DNA of 64,000 nt from an uncultured Chloroflexia bacterium (lineage in GTDB: Bacteria > Chloroflexota > Limnocylindria > QHBO01). Below, piece by piece: positions 1-10,076 of this stretch (the first letter of the stretch is position 1; each line of letters begins with the position of its first letter). The notes beneath the pieces were generated by a model, which saw only the letters and a list, made by a program, of their open reading frames with translations, was not told where the DNA came from and did no database searches. The position numbers and the translations under genes were made by a program. Location of the stretch: NCBI GenBank assembly GCA_963827475.1, contig CAWHAZ010000005.1, forward strand, positions 32,001 through 96,000. The letters run 5' to 3'.

Positions 1-511
1 CTCGGGCGGGACGTCGATCGCCTTCAGGGCGACGAGGAACGGCGCGTGGCTCGGCTTGTAGTCCTGTGCCTGCTCGGCCGTGATGGCCCACTCGAACGGC
101 ACCCCGAGGCGGGCGGCGGAGGCGGCGAACAGGTCGTCGTCGCAGTTCGTGATCACGCCCAGCCGGAAGCGACTCGGCGAGCTGCGGCAGGGCGTCGGCC
201 GAGTCGGGGAACGGCGGCCAGTCGGGAACCGACTCGGCGAAGGTGGCCAGCTCCTCCGCGGTCACCTCCACCCCCAGCTCGTCCGCCACGCCGCCGAGCG
301 ACCCGGACAGGACCGCGCGGTATGGCTGCCACGGACCGCTCTCCAGCACGGCCTCGTGCCGCGCGTAGCGCTCGAGGACCTCGTCATCGGTCAGGGTCAC
401 GTCATGCGCGGCGAGGATCGGCTGCGCGGCGCCGAGGATGCCGGCCTCCCAATCGATGAGGGTCCCGTAGCAGTCGAAGGTCAGGACCTCGAACTGGCCG
501 AGGTCGAGCAC
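1..511 (-). CDS. HAD-superfamily hydrolase (haloacid dehalogenase type II-like), 3' end outside window
   Basis: Manual translation from GTG 511: MLDLGQFEVLTFDCYGTLIDWEAGI (HAD motif I); start overlaps the glpX stop. Confidence 0.85.
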   Translation of the reverse strand, partial: MLDLGQFEVLTFDCYGTLIDWEAGILGAAQPILAAHDVTLTDDEVLERYARHEAVLESGPWQPYRAVLSGSLGGVADELGVEVTAEELATFAESVPDWPPFPDSADALPQLAESLPAGRDHELRRRPVRRLRRPPRGAVRVGHHGRAGTGLQAEPRAVPRRPEGDRRPAR

Positions 512-1516
512 TAGAGGCGGACGCGGGCCGGCTGGTTCGTGTCGAACATGTGGACGGTGTCCACGAAGCGGACCTTGCCCTCGGCCCGGCTCATGACCAG
601 GGAGTGGGTCCGGGCGCCGCCGCCGAAGAATCGGACGCCGCGCAGCAGCTCCCCGTCGGTCACGCCCGTGGCGCAGAAGACGACGTTCTCGCCGCTCGCC
701 AGGTCGTTCGGTGCGGTACACGCGGTCGGCGTCGTCCACGTCCACGCCCATCTCGCGGGCACGTTCGCGCTCCTCGTCCGACCGCCACCGGAACTGGGCC
801 TGGATCTCCCCGCCAAGGCATTTCAGGGCCGCCGCAGTGAGCACCCCCTCCGGCGCTCCGCCAGTCCCCATCACCGCGTGGACGCCGGTCCCCGAGACGG
901 CGGCGCTGATGCCGGCGGTGAGGTCGCCGTCCGGGATGAGCTTGATCCGCGCCCCGCTCTCGCGCAGCTCGTCGATCAGCTCCTCGTGGCGGGGCCGGTC
1001 GAGGACCACGACCGTGATGTCCGACACCGCCCGTCCGAGGCTGGTGGCAATGATCCGGATGGTGGCGTCCACCGGGTCGGTGATGTTGACGTTGCCGGCC
1101 GCGCCGGGCCCCACGACCAGCTTGCGCAGGTACGTGTCAGGCGCGTGCATGAGTCCGCCCGGCTCCGACGCGGCGAGCACGGTGATGCTGTTCGGCGCCC
1201 CGTTGGCGACGAGGTTGGTGCCCTCCAGCGGGTCCACCGCGATGTCGATCATGACCGCCGCCTCGGGGTTCCCCACCTGCTCGCCGATGAACAGCATCGG
1301 CGCCTCGTCCCGCTCGCCCTCGCCGATGACGATGGTGCCGCTGAGGTCCGCGTCCTCCATCGCGTGGCGCATGGCCTCGACCGCCGCCCGGTCGGCGCCG
1401 TGGCGGTCACCGCGGCCCATCTGGCGGGCGGCGGCCAGCGCCGCCGCCTCGGTCGCGGCCATGGCCTCATCGGTGATCAGTTTGTGCCGCTCGGGTGCCT
1501 TCGGCTCGTCCGTCAT
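511..1516 (-). CDS. glpX: Class II fructose-1,6-bisphosphatase (frameshift near 710)
   Basis: Motifs [42 protein letters not shown], then [17 protein letters not shown] in another frame. Confidence 0.9.
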
Positions 1517-1533
1517 CGGTCAGTCGGTATCGG

Positions 1534-3001
1534 TCAGTGCCGGAAGTGCCGGCGGCCGGTGAAGACCATGGCCATATGGTGACGGTCGGCGACCTCGATG
1601 GCCATCTCGTCCCGCGCGCTGCCGCCGGGCTGGATGATGGCGGTGACCCCCGCCTGGGCCGCCAGCTGGATGCCGTCGGGGAACGGGAAGTAGGCGTCGG
1701 AGGCCATCACGCTGAGCGGGGCCCGCTCGCCGGCCTTGCGCAGCGCGATTTCCACGCTGACCACCCGTGACGGCTGGCCGGCGCCCATCCCGATCATCAC
1801 GTGGCGCTTGGTGAGGACCACCGCGTTGGAATGGACGTGGCTGACCACCCGCCACGCGAACAGGAGGTCGGTCAGCTCCTCGAGGGTCGGGTGGCGCTGG
1901 GTGACGACCTGGAGCTCGTCGCGGTCCTCCTCGATCGAGTCACCGGTCTGGACCAGCAGCCCGCCACCGATCCGCTTGAGGTCCATCTCGCCGGGGTTCG
2001 ACCCCGCGCCGTCCTCCGGCGGCACCTCCACGATCTCGAAGCCCTCCTTGGCGCCGAGGATGGCGAGGGCCGGGGCCGAGTAGCCGGGGGCGACGATGGC
2101 CTCGAAGAAGCCGGGCTCGATGGCTCGCGCGGTGGGCTCGTCCACGACCCGGTTGGCACCGATGATCCCGCCGTACGAGGCGACGCTGTCGCCCTCCAGC
2201 GCGAGACGGAACGCATCGGCCAGGTCCACGACCGATGCCAGGCCGGTCGGGTTGCCGTGCTTGACGATCGTCACCGTCGGGGTCTTGAAGTCCGATGCGA
2301 TGCGCCACGCCGCGTCGAGGTCGAGCAGGTTGTTGAACGACAGGTCCTTGCCCGCGATCTGGCGGGCCTGGCTGATCACCGCCCCGTTGTGGTCGTAGTC
2401 GGCGTAGAACGCGCCCTGCTGCTGCGGGATTCTCGCCGTACCGCAGGTCCGCCTTCTTCTCGAACACCAGCGTCAGGCGGGCGGGGAATATGGTCCCGGC
2501 CTGGCGATTGAGGTCGGTGGCGATCTGCGCGTCCCGTGCGGCAAGCAGCCCGTAGGCCTCGGCCGCGAGCTTCTGCCGCGTCTCGGCGGTGACCTCCTGG
2601 TCCCGCTTCACGTCGCGCAGGACGGTGGCGTACTGGGTCGGGCTGCTGACCGCGGCCACCGACGCGTGGTTCGCGGCGGCCGCGCGCAGGAGCGCGGCCT
2701 CGGACAGGTCCGCGGGCGGTGGCCCGCCGGCGGGGGGTTCGAGGTTGAGGACCACGATGTCCGCCGGCTCGACGCCCTTCTGGGCAAGGGCCGCCATCTC
2801 GTCCCCGCGGTCGCGTCGCGCGCTCACCGCACGCAGGAGGTCCGCGTCGGCCAGATCGGGGAGCAGGTCGACCTCGATCCCGGCCTCGGCGAGGTGGGCG
2901 CGGGTCTCCTCGGTCGCGACGCACTGGATTCCTGCTTCCTGGAGACCGCGCGTCAGCTCGGTGATCCCTTCGCGGTCCGAGACGGAGAGGAGGGCGCGCA
3001 A
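1534..3001 (-). CDS. purH: PurH-like AICAR transformylase/IMP cyclohydrolase (frameshift near 2425; N-terminal domain degenerate)
   Basis: RALLSVSD, LRYGENP, GKDLSFNNLLD, VKHGNPTG, ASDAYFPFPD, IIQPGGS, FTGRRHFRH. Confidence 0.88.
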
Positions 3002-3196
3002 GCAGGGGACCTCGTGTCATGTCCTGCCCGCGGGGCGTGCTGCGGCCGCCCCCGCGTCAGTGTCGCGAGTATATCCGCGCTTCCGGCCGTCGAGATTGTG
3101 AATCTCCAGAACCGCAGGGATCGTCGTCAGCGCTCTGGCTCGGAGAGGTCGTGCACTTCGACTGAGCCGGGGCACGCTGCTAGACTCGCGCGCCTG

Positions 3197-3616
3197 ATGG
3201 AACTGCTCTTCGACCCCCTGAGCCCGACGACATTCGCGAACCTCTTCACCCTGCTCTGGGTGGCGGCGCTCGTGATCTGCATCGGTGCCTCGGTCGTGTA
3301 CTGGATCGCGCAGCGCCGATATCGCCGCTACCCGGTCCACATGGCGATGCACGAGTGGGTGTACTGGAGCATCTTCGTGGCCTGGATCATGGTCCCGCTG
3401 CTGGCGGTGATCCACGTGCCCCTGTTCGTGGTCCTGGCGATCGTGATCCCGGGCATGGCGATGGCGGCCTTCGGTGCGTTCCTGCGCTATCCACCGCGGA
3501 TCGCGGCCGCCAACAACGACCTGCGGCGCCATCGGTACGTGCCGCCGCCGCGCCGCGAGGTGAAGGCCCGCGCAAAGCCGACCCCCGCCGGCAGCCGCAA
3601 GACCCACCGCCGGTAG
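3197..3616 (+). CDS. Hypothetical membrane protein
   Basis: About 3 hydrophobic helices and a basic C-terminus; TAGACT -10 at 3181-3186. Confidence 0.7.
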   Translation: MELLFDPLSPTTFANLFTLLWVAALVICIGASVVYWIAQRRYRRYPVHMAMHEWVYWSIFVAWIMVPLLAVIHVPLFVVLAIVIPGMAMAAFGAFLRYPPRIAAANNDLRRHRYVPPPRREVKARAKPTPAGSRKTHRR

Positions 3617-3746
3617 CTCCGTAGTGGCGGCTTCCGCCCGACCGTTGTGACGGAAATGCAACGGAAAGGGCGCGCCCGCTAGCCACTCCCGTGGCACGCC
3701 ACCCGGAGACTGGCTTCCGGTTCCCAAAAGAGGAACGTGGAGGAAA

Positions 3747-4022
3747 GTGATGAGCATTCTTGCGTGGATCGTGCTTGGCGCGATCGCCGGCTACCTGGCC
3801 GGATTCCTCGTCCGTGGCGACGAGGGGATGGGTGTGATCGGGCACATCCTGCTCGGCATCGTCGGCGCCCTGGTCGGTGGATTCCTGGCAGGCGCTCTGT
3901 TCGGGGCCGACCCGATCAATGGCGCGCTGGACATCTCCTCGATCGTGGTCGCCACGATCGGAGCGGTCCTGACCGTGTGGGTCGTGAACATGTTCCGCAG
4001 CCGCGGCAGCGCGTCGGTCTAG
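3747..4022 (+). CDS. GlsB/YeaQ/YmgE family stress-response membrane protein
   Basis: SILAWIVLGAIAGYLA...GVIGHILLGIVGALVGGFL pattern; GGAGG RBS. Confidence 0.9.
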   Translation: MMSILAWIVLGAIAGYLAGFLVRGDEGMGVIGHILLGIVGALVGGFLAGALFGADPINGALDISSIVVATIGAVLTVWVVNMFRSRGSASV

Positions 4023-4044
4023 CACCGCCAGACCCCAATTTCAT

Positions 4045-4074
4045 ACGCCGGCAGGGGACCCTCCCTGCCGGCGT
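4045..4074 (+). terminator. Stem-loop after GlsB-family gene
   Basis: ACGCCGGCAGGG / CCCTGCCGGCGT 12-bp inverted repeat; weak U-tail. Confidence 0.55.
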
Positions 4075-4104
4075 TCCGTATCCGGTGACCTCGGACGTAC
4101 CGGC

Positions 4105-5652
4105 ATGCCCGTAACGGGAAATGCAATTGCGTTGCCCAATCGTGCGGCGCAGACTCCGCCCGTGGGTCGCTATCGGGTTGCCCGGATTCCGGCTCTCGCG
4201 CTCGCCCTCGCCATTCCGGCCGGTGCGGCCGCGTTGATTCTGGTGGGGGATTTCTCCATCCGACGCGACGTCGGCCTGATGGTGGCGGTCGCCGTCGTGC
4301 TCCTTGTCGCCTGGCTGGGCGGGATCTGGCCGGCCCTCTTCGCCATGGCGCTGTCTGGCGCCCTCCTGGCGGGCCCCCTGTCATCCGTTTTCGATCCGCC
4401 GATCGATGGGTGGAGCCTCTTCCTGTTCGCTGTCGCCGGCTTGACCGCGACCGTCGTCGTGGAGTCGCTGTACCGGTCCCGTTGGAGGGTCGAGGCCGCG
4501 CGCGACCGGGCGCGCGATTCGCGTCGCGCCGAGCACGCCCTCCGTGCCGAGCTGGAGTCGATCGTGGGTGGCATCGGAGACGGCATCCTCGTCGCCGACG
4601 CCAACGGCTCCGTGACGCTCATGAACGGGGCCGCCCGAGAGATCCTGGGAGGCAGGACGAAGAAGGCTTCGGAGTTCGTCGACCTGATCGCTCGCGGCGA
4701 GAACGGGGTGAGCAGCGCGGCCGAGATGTTCGAGGCGGAGGGTCCCGTCAGCGGAGAGTTCCAGCTGGCTGCGGTCGACCGGCGGATCGAAGTCTCCGCG
4801 TTTCCGCTCCTGACCGAGGGCGCACCGACCCGACGGGTGTTCGTCATTCGCGACGTGACCGAGGCCCGACGTCGTGACCTCCTCCGCGACGCATTCCTCA
4901 GCCTCCTGTCTCACGAGCTGCGGACGCCGATGACGGCCGTGTACGGTGGCGCGACGCTCCTCCAGCGGGTGGGTGACAGCCTCGATCCAGCGACGCGGAA
5001 TGAGATCCGGGCGGACATCGTTGCCGAGGCCGAACGCCTGTCGCGGCTGATCGATGACCTGCTCGTCCTCACCAGAGTCGAGGGCGGGGTGGAGGACGTC
5101 CAGAACGAGCCAGCCCTGCTTCAGCACATCGTTGGCGAGGTCATCGAGCGAGGCCGGCGGGGGTTCGGACCGACAAAGATCGAGCTCACGATCAAAGCCA
5201 ACCTCGCGCCGGTGAAAGGCGACGAGACCAGCATCCGGCAGGTCACCCACAACCTCATCTCGAACGCCATCAAGTACAGCCCACCGGGGTCGGTGGTCGA
5301 GGTCCACATCGAGGCCCAGCCAGACGAGGTGCAGGTCCGGGTCCTCGACCGTGGGCGCGGCCTGTCCACCGAGGAGGCGAACCACGTGTTCGAGCCCTTC
5401 TACCGCGCAAAGGGCACCGAGCGGCTGGCGACGGGGATCGGCATCGGTCTGTTCGTCTCGCAGCGCCTGGTGGAAGCCATGGGTGGTCGGATCTGGACCC
5501 GACCGCGGGATGGGGGAGGCACCGAGTTCGGATTCGCGCTGCAGACCTGGCCGATGGACGATCCCGATGAGGAGCCGATGGGTGACGAGGGGCAGCCCGA
5601 ATTGGAGCTGACCCGTACCGCTGCCCGCGGCGCCGACCGAACGCCGGAGTGA
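4105..5652 (+). CDS. Membrane sensor histidine kinase with PAS-like domain
   Basis: TM N-terminus, GDGILVADANG, H-box SHELRTP, NLISNAIKYS, DRGRG, GIGIGL. Confidence 0.92.
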   Translation: MPVTGNAIALPNRAAQTPPVGRYRVARIPALALALAIPAGAAALILVGDFSIRRDVGLMVAVAVVLLVAWLGGIWPALFAMALSGALLAGPLSSVFDPPIDGWSLFLFAVAGLTATVVVESLYRSRWRVEAARDRARDSRRAEHALRAELESIVGGIGDGILVADANGSVTLMNGAAREILGGRTKKASEFVDLIARGENGVSSAAEMFEAEGPVSGEFQLAAVDRRIEVSAFPLLTEGAPTRRVFVIRDVTEARRRDLLRDAFLSLLSHELRTPMTAVYGGATLLQRVGDSLDPATRNEIRADIVAEAERLSRLIDDLLVLTRVEGGVEDVQNEPALLQHIVGEVIERGRRGFGPTKIELTIKANLAPVKGDETSIRQVTHNLISNAIKYSPPGSVVEVHIEAQPDEVQVRVLDRGRGLSTEEANHVFEPFYRAKGTERLATGIGIGLFVSQRLVEAMGGRIWTRPRDGGGTEFGFALQTWPMDDPDEEPMGDEGQPELELTRTAARGADRTPE

Positions 5653-5963
5653 GCACGGCCGCGGTCACCCTGTACATCGACGCCTCGCTCGTGACCGATG
5701 GCCGTTCGGAGGCTCTCGCGCTGGCATCCGATCTGGGTTTCGAGACGGTGGTCGTAGCCGAGGTCGACGACGTGCCCGAAACCCTCGGCTACGCCTGGCA
5801 CCTCACCGGCGTCCAGCCCAGGGCGGGCTCACCGCGCTGGGGCCGCACCGTGCTGATCGGACCGCGCCAGGAACCGGGCCGGGTGGCCGTGAGCGGACTG
5901 CGGACGGCTCGCGACCTCCGCCTCGCCCTCCTCGAGCTGGCCTCGGAGCACGCGTCGGACTGA
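5649..5963 (+). CDS. Hypothetical protein
   Basis: GTGA overlap with kinase stop, 104 aa. Confidence 0.6.
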   Translation: MSTAAVTLYIDASLVTDGRSEALALASDLGFETVVVAEVDDVPETLGYAWHLTGVQPRAGSPRWGRTVLIGPRQEPGRVAVSGLRTARDLRLALLELASEHASD

Positions 5964-6071
5964 CACGCGGCTGCAATGTCCGCGTTCGGGCGCTCAAGCG
6001 CGCCTGCGACATCGAAGAGGCGACGATCTCCCGGTTCCGAAATTTTGCGATTCGCACCTTGGGAGATCGAC

Positions 6072-6346
6072 ATGACCGATTCGCAGCCCTCGGGCCAGCA
6101 GCCCTCGGGCCAGCAGCCGCCCTCCGGCCAGCCGCCGGTCGTGGTGCAGAACAACCAGGACGGTGGCGGTGGCGGCAGCACCCGGCGTAGTGGCCGCTGT
6201 CGTGATCGTGGCGCTTGATCCTGGTCGGGATCTGGTGGTTCGGGTTCGGCCCGGGCACCGGTGGCGGGACGACGACGCCGACCGATGGCGGAGAGGCTCC
6301 GCCGGCCTCGACCGCACCAATCGAGTCCGCCCCGGCGTCCCAGTAG
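6072..6346 (+). CDS. Small single-TM protein (apparent frameshifts near 6180 and 6215)
   Basis: GGGAG RBS, MTDSQPSGQQPSGQQ..., TM GVVAAVVIVALILVGIWWFGF rebuilt across frames. Confidence 0.55.
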
Positions 6347-6375
6347 GACGCGTCATCGGGAGGGGGGCATTTGAT

Positions 6376-6414
6376 ACCGCTGCGACCCAGGACGGGGGGT
6401 CGCAGCGGTCTTTT
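6376..6414 (+). terminator. Rho-independent terminator
   Basis: ACCGCTGCGACCC / GGGTCGCAGCGGT 13-bp stem followed by CTTTT. Confidence 0.75.
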
Positions 6415-6445
6415 CGTTAAGGTTGGCGGAGTTGGAGGTGTCTAG

Positions 6446-7201
6446 GTGGGCGCACAACCACTGGTCCTCGTCGCGGATGACGAGCCGCGGATCACCAAGC
6501 TGGTCGCTGTCGCCCTGAGCGAGGAGGGCTTCCGGGTCGTGACCGCTGGCAGCGGTCAGGAGGCGATCGCTGCCGCGGAGGAATACCGGCCGGACATCGT
6601 GCTGCTGGACATCGTCATGCCCGATCTGGACGGGATCGAGGTCATGCGCGAGCTGCAGCAGCGCCAGCCGGTGCCGGTGATCCTGCTCACCGCACGCGGC
6701 TCCACGTCGGACAAGGCCAAGGGCCTGGACCTGGGCGCGGACGACTACATCGCCAAGCCCTTCCACCCCGACGAGCTGGCGGCCCGCGTCCGCGCCGTGC
6801 TGCGCCGCTCCGCCGGCGTGGCGCCCCAGGCCGGCATCCTGAAGTTTGACGACATCGAGATCGACCTCGAGCGCCGGATGGTCCACAAGGACGGCCAGCT
6901 GGTCCATCTCTCCCGGACCGAGTGGCTCCTCCTCCAGCACCTTGCCGCCAACGCGGGGAAGGTCGTCGTCCACAGCGAGCTGCTGACCAAGGTCTGGGGC
7001 CCCGAGTACCGCGACGACGTCCAGTACCTGCGCGTCTGGATCAGCCGCGTGCGCCGCAAGCTCGGCTCCGCGCCGGGCGACATGGGCCGGATCAAGACCT
7101 TCCAGGGGATCGGCTACCTGCTCGACGTCGAGCCGCCGACCGAGCCGATAGAGGCACCACCCGCCGAGGCCGTCGAGGCGATCACCGCGCCCGACGCCTA
7201 G
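6446..7201 (+). CDS. OmpR/KdpE-family response regulator
   Basis: VLVADDE, LLDIVMP, GADDYIAKPF, winged-helix LLTKVWG...YLRVWISRVRRKL. Confidence 0.93.
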   Translation: MGAQPLVLVADDEPRITKLVAVALSEEGFRVVTAGSGQEAIAAAEEYRPDIVLLDIVMPDLDGIEVMRELQQRQPVPVILLTARGSTSDKAKGLDLGADDYIAKPFHPDELAARVRAVLRRSAGVAPQAGILKFDDIEIDLERRMVHKDGQLVHLSRTEWLLLQHLAANAGKVVVHSELLTKVWGPEYRDDVQYLRVWISRVRRKLGSAPGDMGRIKTFQGIGYLLDVEPPTEPIEAPPAEAVEAITAPDA

Positions 7202-8355
7202 GAGCTTCGCCGCCGGTCCTGGATGAGGAGGGCGACGTCAACCGCCAGCAGCGCGAGCGATGCGGCTGCCATGCCCCAGCCGAGGAAGTCTCGTGATGGT
7301 GTCTCGGCTTCCCCGGCATCCATCCGGCCGCCGCCGGTCCCCGACGAGACCGGCATGACCGCTCCCGGCTTCTTCCCCGCCAGCAGATCACGCTCGACCT
7401 GAAGCCGCTCGCGGTACAGGACCTCCCACTCGTCGTACGGCAGGTCGTCGGTCGCGAGGTGCCGGTCGATCCACTCCAGCTCCGCGACGCGTTCAGCGGG
7501 CTTCGGGCCCCGTTCGGCGAGGTCCGACAGGCGGTCCTCGATGCGCTGGCCCTCGGCAGAGGCGGTCAGCCACGCCTCGGCCGTCGTCAGTCGACTGGCC
7601 AGCGCGGCCTGGACCCGGGCCACCATCAGCTTGCGGCCGGCGATTGCCACGTCGGATGGGTAGATCAGGACCTCGAGGTCGCGGCCCACGAGCCGGACGA
7701 GCTGGTCGGGCAGCAGGCCCTTCACATGTGAGCCGGCGATCGCCGCCAGCCAGCGGCCGGGGAGTACGAGGACCGACGGCGCCGGTCGGGCGGTGACCTC
7801 GATGCCGGCGTCGCCGATCGCCTGATCGAGATCCGTGGCCAGCTCGTCGTAACGCCCCGGCTTGACGACGATGGGGATGTGCGCATCGGTCCAGCGTCGC
7901 AGCAGCGAGCTCGCCTTCCGCGCGATACCGATGGCGGCCAGGAACACGATCATGGCGGCGAGGGCCGCCGCGAGAGGATAGCCACGGACGAGGTGGCCGA
8001 CGAGGGCGCCCGCGCTCTTCGGACGATCCTCGGGCTGGAGCAGCGTCAGCGTCGCCGCGCTCATCGCCAGGGGGATCGCGACCGCGGCCGCCAGCATCGC
8101 CAGGCGGATCCAGCCCTCGTTCACCCACTCGGGGATGGGCACGAAGGTCAGGATGAAAACGCCCGCCTCCGGCCACACCACCGCGACCAGGACCACCACC
8201 CAGATCAGCGCCCCGAAGGTGATGCCCGCGAGCAGGACCTGGCGATCCTGGGGCACGCGTCCAAACAACAGCGTGCTGGCCCAACCCAGGCTCATGGTCA
8301 GCAGCTTCCCGGCGAACCGACCGAGGACCCCGAACAGGGTGGCGAGGATTGCCAT
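7198..8355 (-). CDS. Hypothetical membrane protein
   Basis: Long ORF from MAILATLFGVLGRF, several TM segments. Confidence 0.75.
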   Translation of the reverse strand: MAILATLFGVLGRFAGKLLTMSLGWASTLLFGRVPQDRQVLLAGITFGALIWVVVLVAVVWPEAGVFILTFVPIPEWVNEGWIRLAMLAAAVAIPLAMSAATLTLLQPEDRPKSAGALVGHLVRGYPLAAALAAMIVFLAAIGIARKASSLLRRWTDAHIPIVVKPGRYDELATDLDQAIGDAGIEVTARPAPSVLVLPGRWLAAIAGSHVKGLLPDQLVRLVGRDLEVLIYPSDVAIAGRKLMVARVQAALASRLTTAEAWLTASAEGQRIEDRLSDLAERGPKPAERVAELEWIDRHLATDDLPYDEWEVLYRERLQVERDLLAGKKPGAVMPVSSGTGGGRMDAGEAETPSRDFLGWGMAAASLALLAVDVALLIQDRRRSS

Positions 8356-8493
8356 TGGAACGATGGTCGCGTCGGGCAGGATGCGCCCGCGTCGCGCTCG
8401 ACCCTTCCCGCGTTGCAGCCTCGTTGCGGCATGGATGTAACGCCGACCGCCTTCGCGGGGCCTGGGCTGAAATCTCTGCCTCGACATCCTGCT

Positions 8494-9609
8494 GTGGTGA
8501 CGACCCACACGCCGACCGGCGAGTCGTGGCTGTTCCGTGGTGCGGCGTTCGCAGCCGGCGTCTTCCTGGTGGCCGGCCTGCTGGCCCTCGCCTGGGCAGC
8601 GGTATCGGTCCTCATCCTGATCTTCGTGGCGCTGCTGATCGCCACCGCTATCGAGCCCTTCACCGACCGGCTCCGGGGGCGCCTGCCGACCGGTCGGGCG
8701 GGCACGATTGCCATCACCTACGCGGTGTTCTTCGCACTCGCCCTGCTCCTGGTGGTGCTCATCGTTCCCGTCGCCGCGGAGGAAGCCGGGCGCGTCGTGG
8801 CCCGGCTGCCCGAGACCCTGTCGGCGACCGAGGCGTGGGCGGCTGAGCTCGAGCCGCCAGTCGTGTCCACGATCGCCACCACGCTGCTCCAGGCAGCCCA
8901 GCAGGCGCTGGCGTCGGACCTGTCGCTCGACGCGGACACGGTGGTCGAGGCGGGCATCGTCGGCGCGGAAATCGTCATCGGCCTCGCGACCGCGATGGGA
9001 CTCGCGTTCTTCTGGCTCATCGAGCGCGCCCGGCTGCAGCGGTACGTCCTGGCCTTTGTGCCCGAGGAACGCCGGGCCGGAACCCGCGACGCGTGGAACG
9101 CCGTCACCGAGCGCCTCGGCCTCTGGGTCCGAGGCCAGCTCACGCTGATGGCGGCGATGGGCGTGGCGACCGGGATCGCCTACACGCTGCTTGGCGTGCC
9201 CGCCGCTCTGCTGCTCGCGGTCATTGCCGCGATCACCGAGGTCATCCCGATCGTGGGTCCGTTGCTGGGTGCCATCCCCGCCATCGCGGTTGCGGCGACG
9301 GTCTCGCCGGAGCTCGCGGTCGTCGTCGCCGTGGTGTTCATCGTGCTGCAGGCCATCGAAGGCCTGATCCTGGTGCCCATCGTCATGCGAAACGCGGTGG
9401 GCCTCTCGCCATTTCTGATCCTGGCCAGCGTCCTGATCGGGGCCGCGGCGGGCGGCGTCGTGGGAGCCCTCCTGGCCGTGCCGATCGCCGCCGCCCTCGA
9501 GATCATCGTCGAGCGATTCCAGGAGCGCGAAGAGCCGATCGCGATCGATCCGCAGGTCTCGACCGAGGAGGTCGGGTCGGAGGAGGCGGCCTCACCCGGG
9601 ACGGCCTAG
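8494..9609 (+). CDS. AI-2E family transporter
   Basis: WVRGQL, EVIPIVGPLLGAIP, QAIEGLILVPIVM, GVVGALLAVP. Confidence 0.9.
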   Translation: MVTTHTPTGESWLFRGAAFAAGVFLVAGLLALAWAAVSVLILIFVALLIATAIEPFTDRLRGRLPTGRAGTIAITYAVFFALALLLVVLIVPVAAEEAGRVVARLPETLSATEAWAAELEPPVVSTIATTLLQAAQQALASDLSLDADTVVEAGIVGAEIVIGLATAMGLAFFWLIERARLQRYVLAFVPEERRAGTRDAWNAVTERLGLWVRGQLTLMAAMGVATGIAYTLLGVPAALLLAVIAAITEVIPIVGPLLGAIPAIAVAATVSPELAVVVAVVFIVLQAIEGLILVPIVMRNAVGLSPFLILASVLIGAAAGGVVGALLAVPIAAALEIIVERFQEREEPIAIDPQVSTEEVGSEEAASPGTA

Positions 9610-9728
9610 CCATTGTGAGGCGACTGCAACGGAAGTGCAGCCGAGAGCGGACGAGCCGATATCCAGCCGCCCGTACGGTGCTTATGCAGGCGCGTACTTC
9701 GCGCGCCAGAAGCTGAGGAGACAGACCG

Positions 9729-10025
9729 ATGGACGACGCGAAGCGACTGGAGCGCGAGGCCGAAGAGACGGCCAAGGAAACCGCCCGGAAGATGGATGGC
9801 ACCACCGATCTCGACGATCACATCGCCAACCTCGGCGATGACGTCAACAAGCACCTCGGAAACGCGGGTGACGCTGTCAGAGAAGGCGTCGACGACCTTG
9901 GCGACAAGGTAGAGGACGTTGCTCGCGATGTGCGTCGCGACGTCGAGGATCTCGGGGACGACGTCGAGGACGAGGTGGACGATGCCGGCCGCAAGGTCGA
10001 GCACGAGGTGAACCAACCGTCCTAG
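9729..10025 (+). CDS. Small acidic, repeat-rich stress-type protein (CsbD/LEA-like composition)
   Basis: GAGGAG RBS; D/E-rich roughly 11-mer periodicity (VDDLGDKVED, VEDLGDDVED). Confidence 0.7.
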   Translation: MDDAKRLEREAEETAKETARKMDGTTDLDDHIANLGDDVNKHLGNAGDAVREGVDDLGDKVEDVARDVRRDVEDLGDDVEDEVDDAGRKVEHEVNQPS

Positions 10026-10076
10026 TCATCGCCAAGAAGCCGTTCGATCACGGTCGGCCCCTCGAAGGGATGCTGG

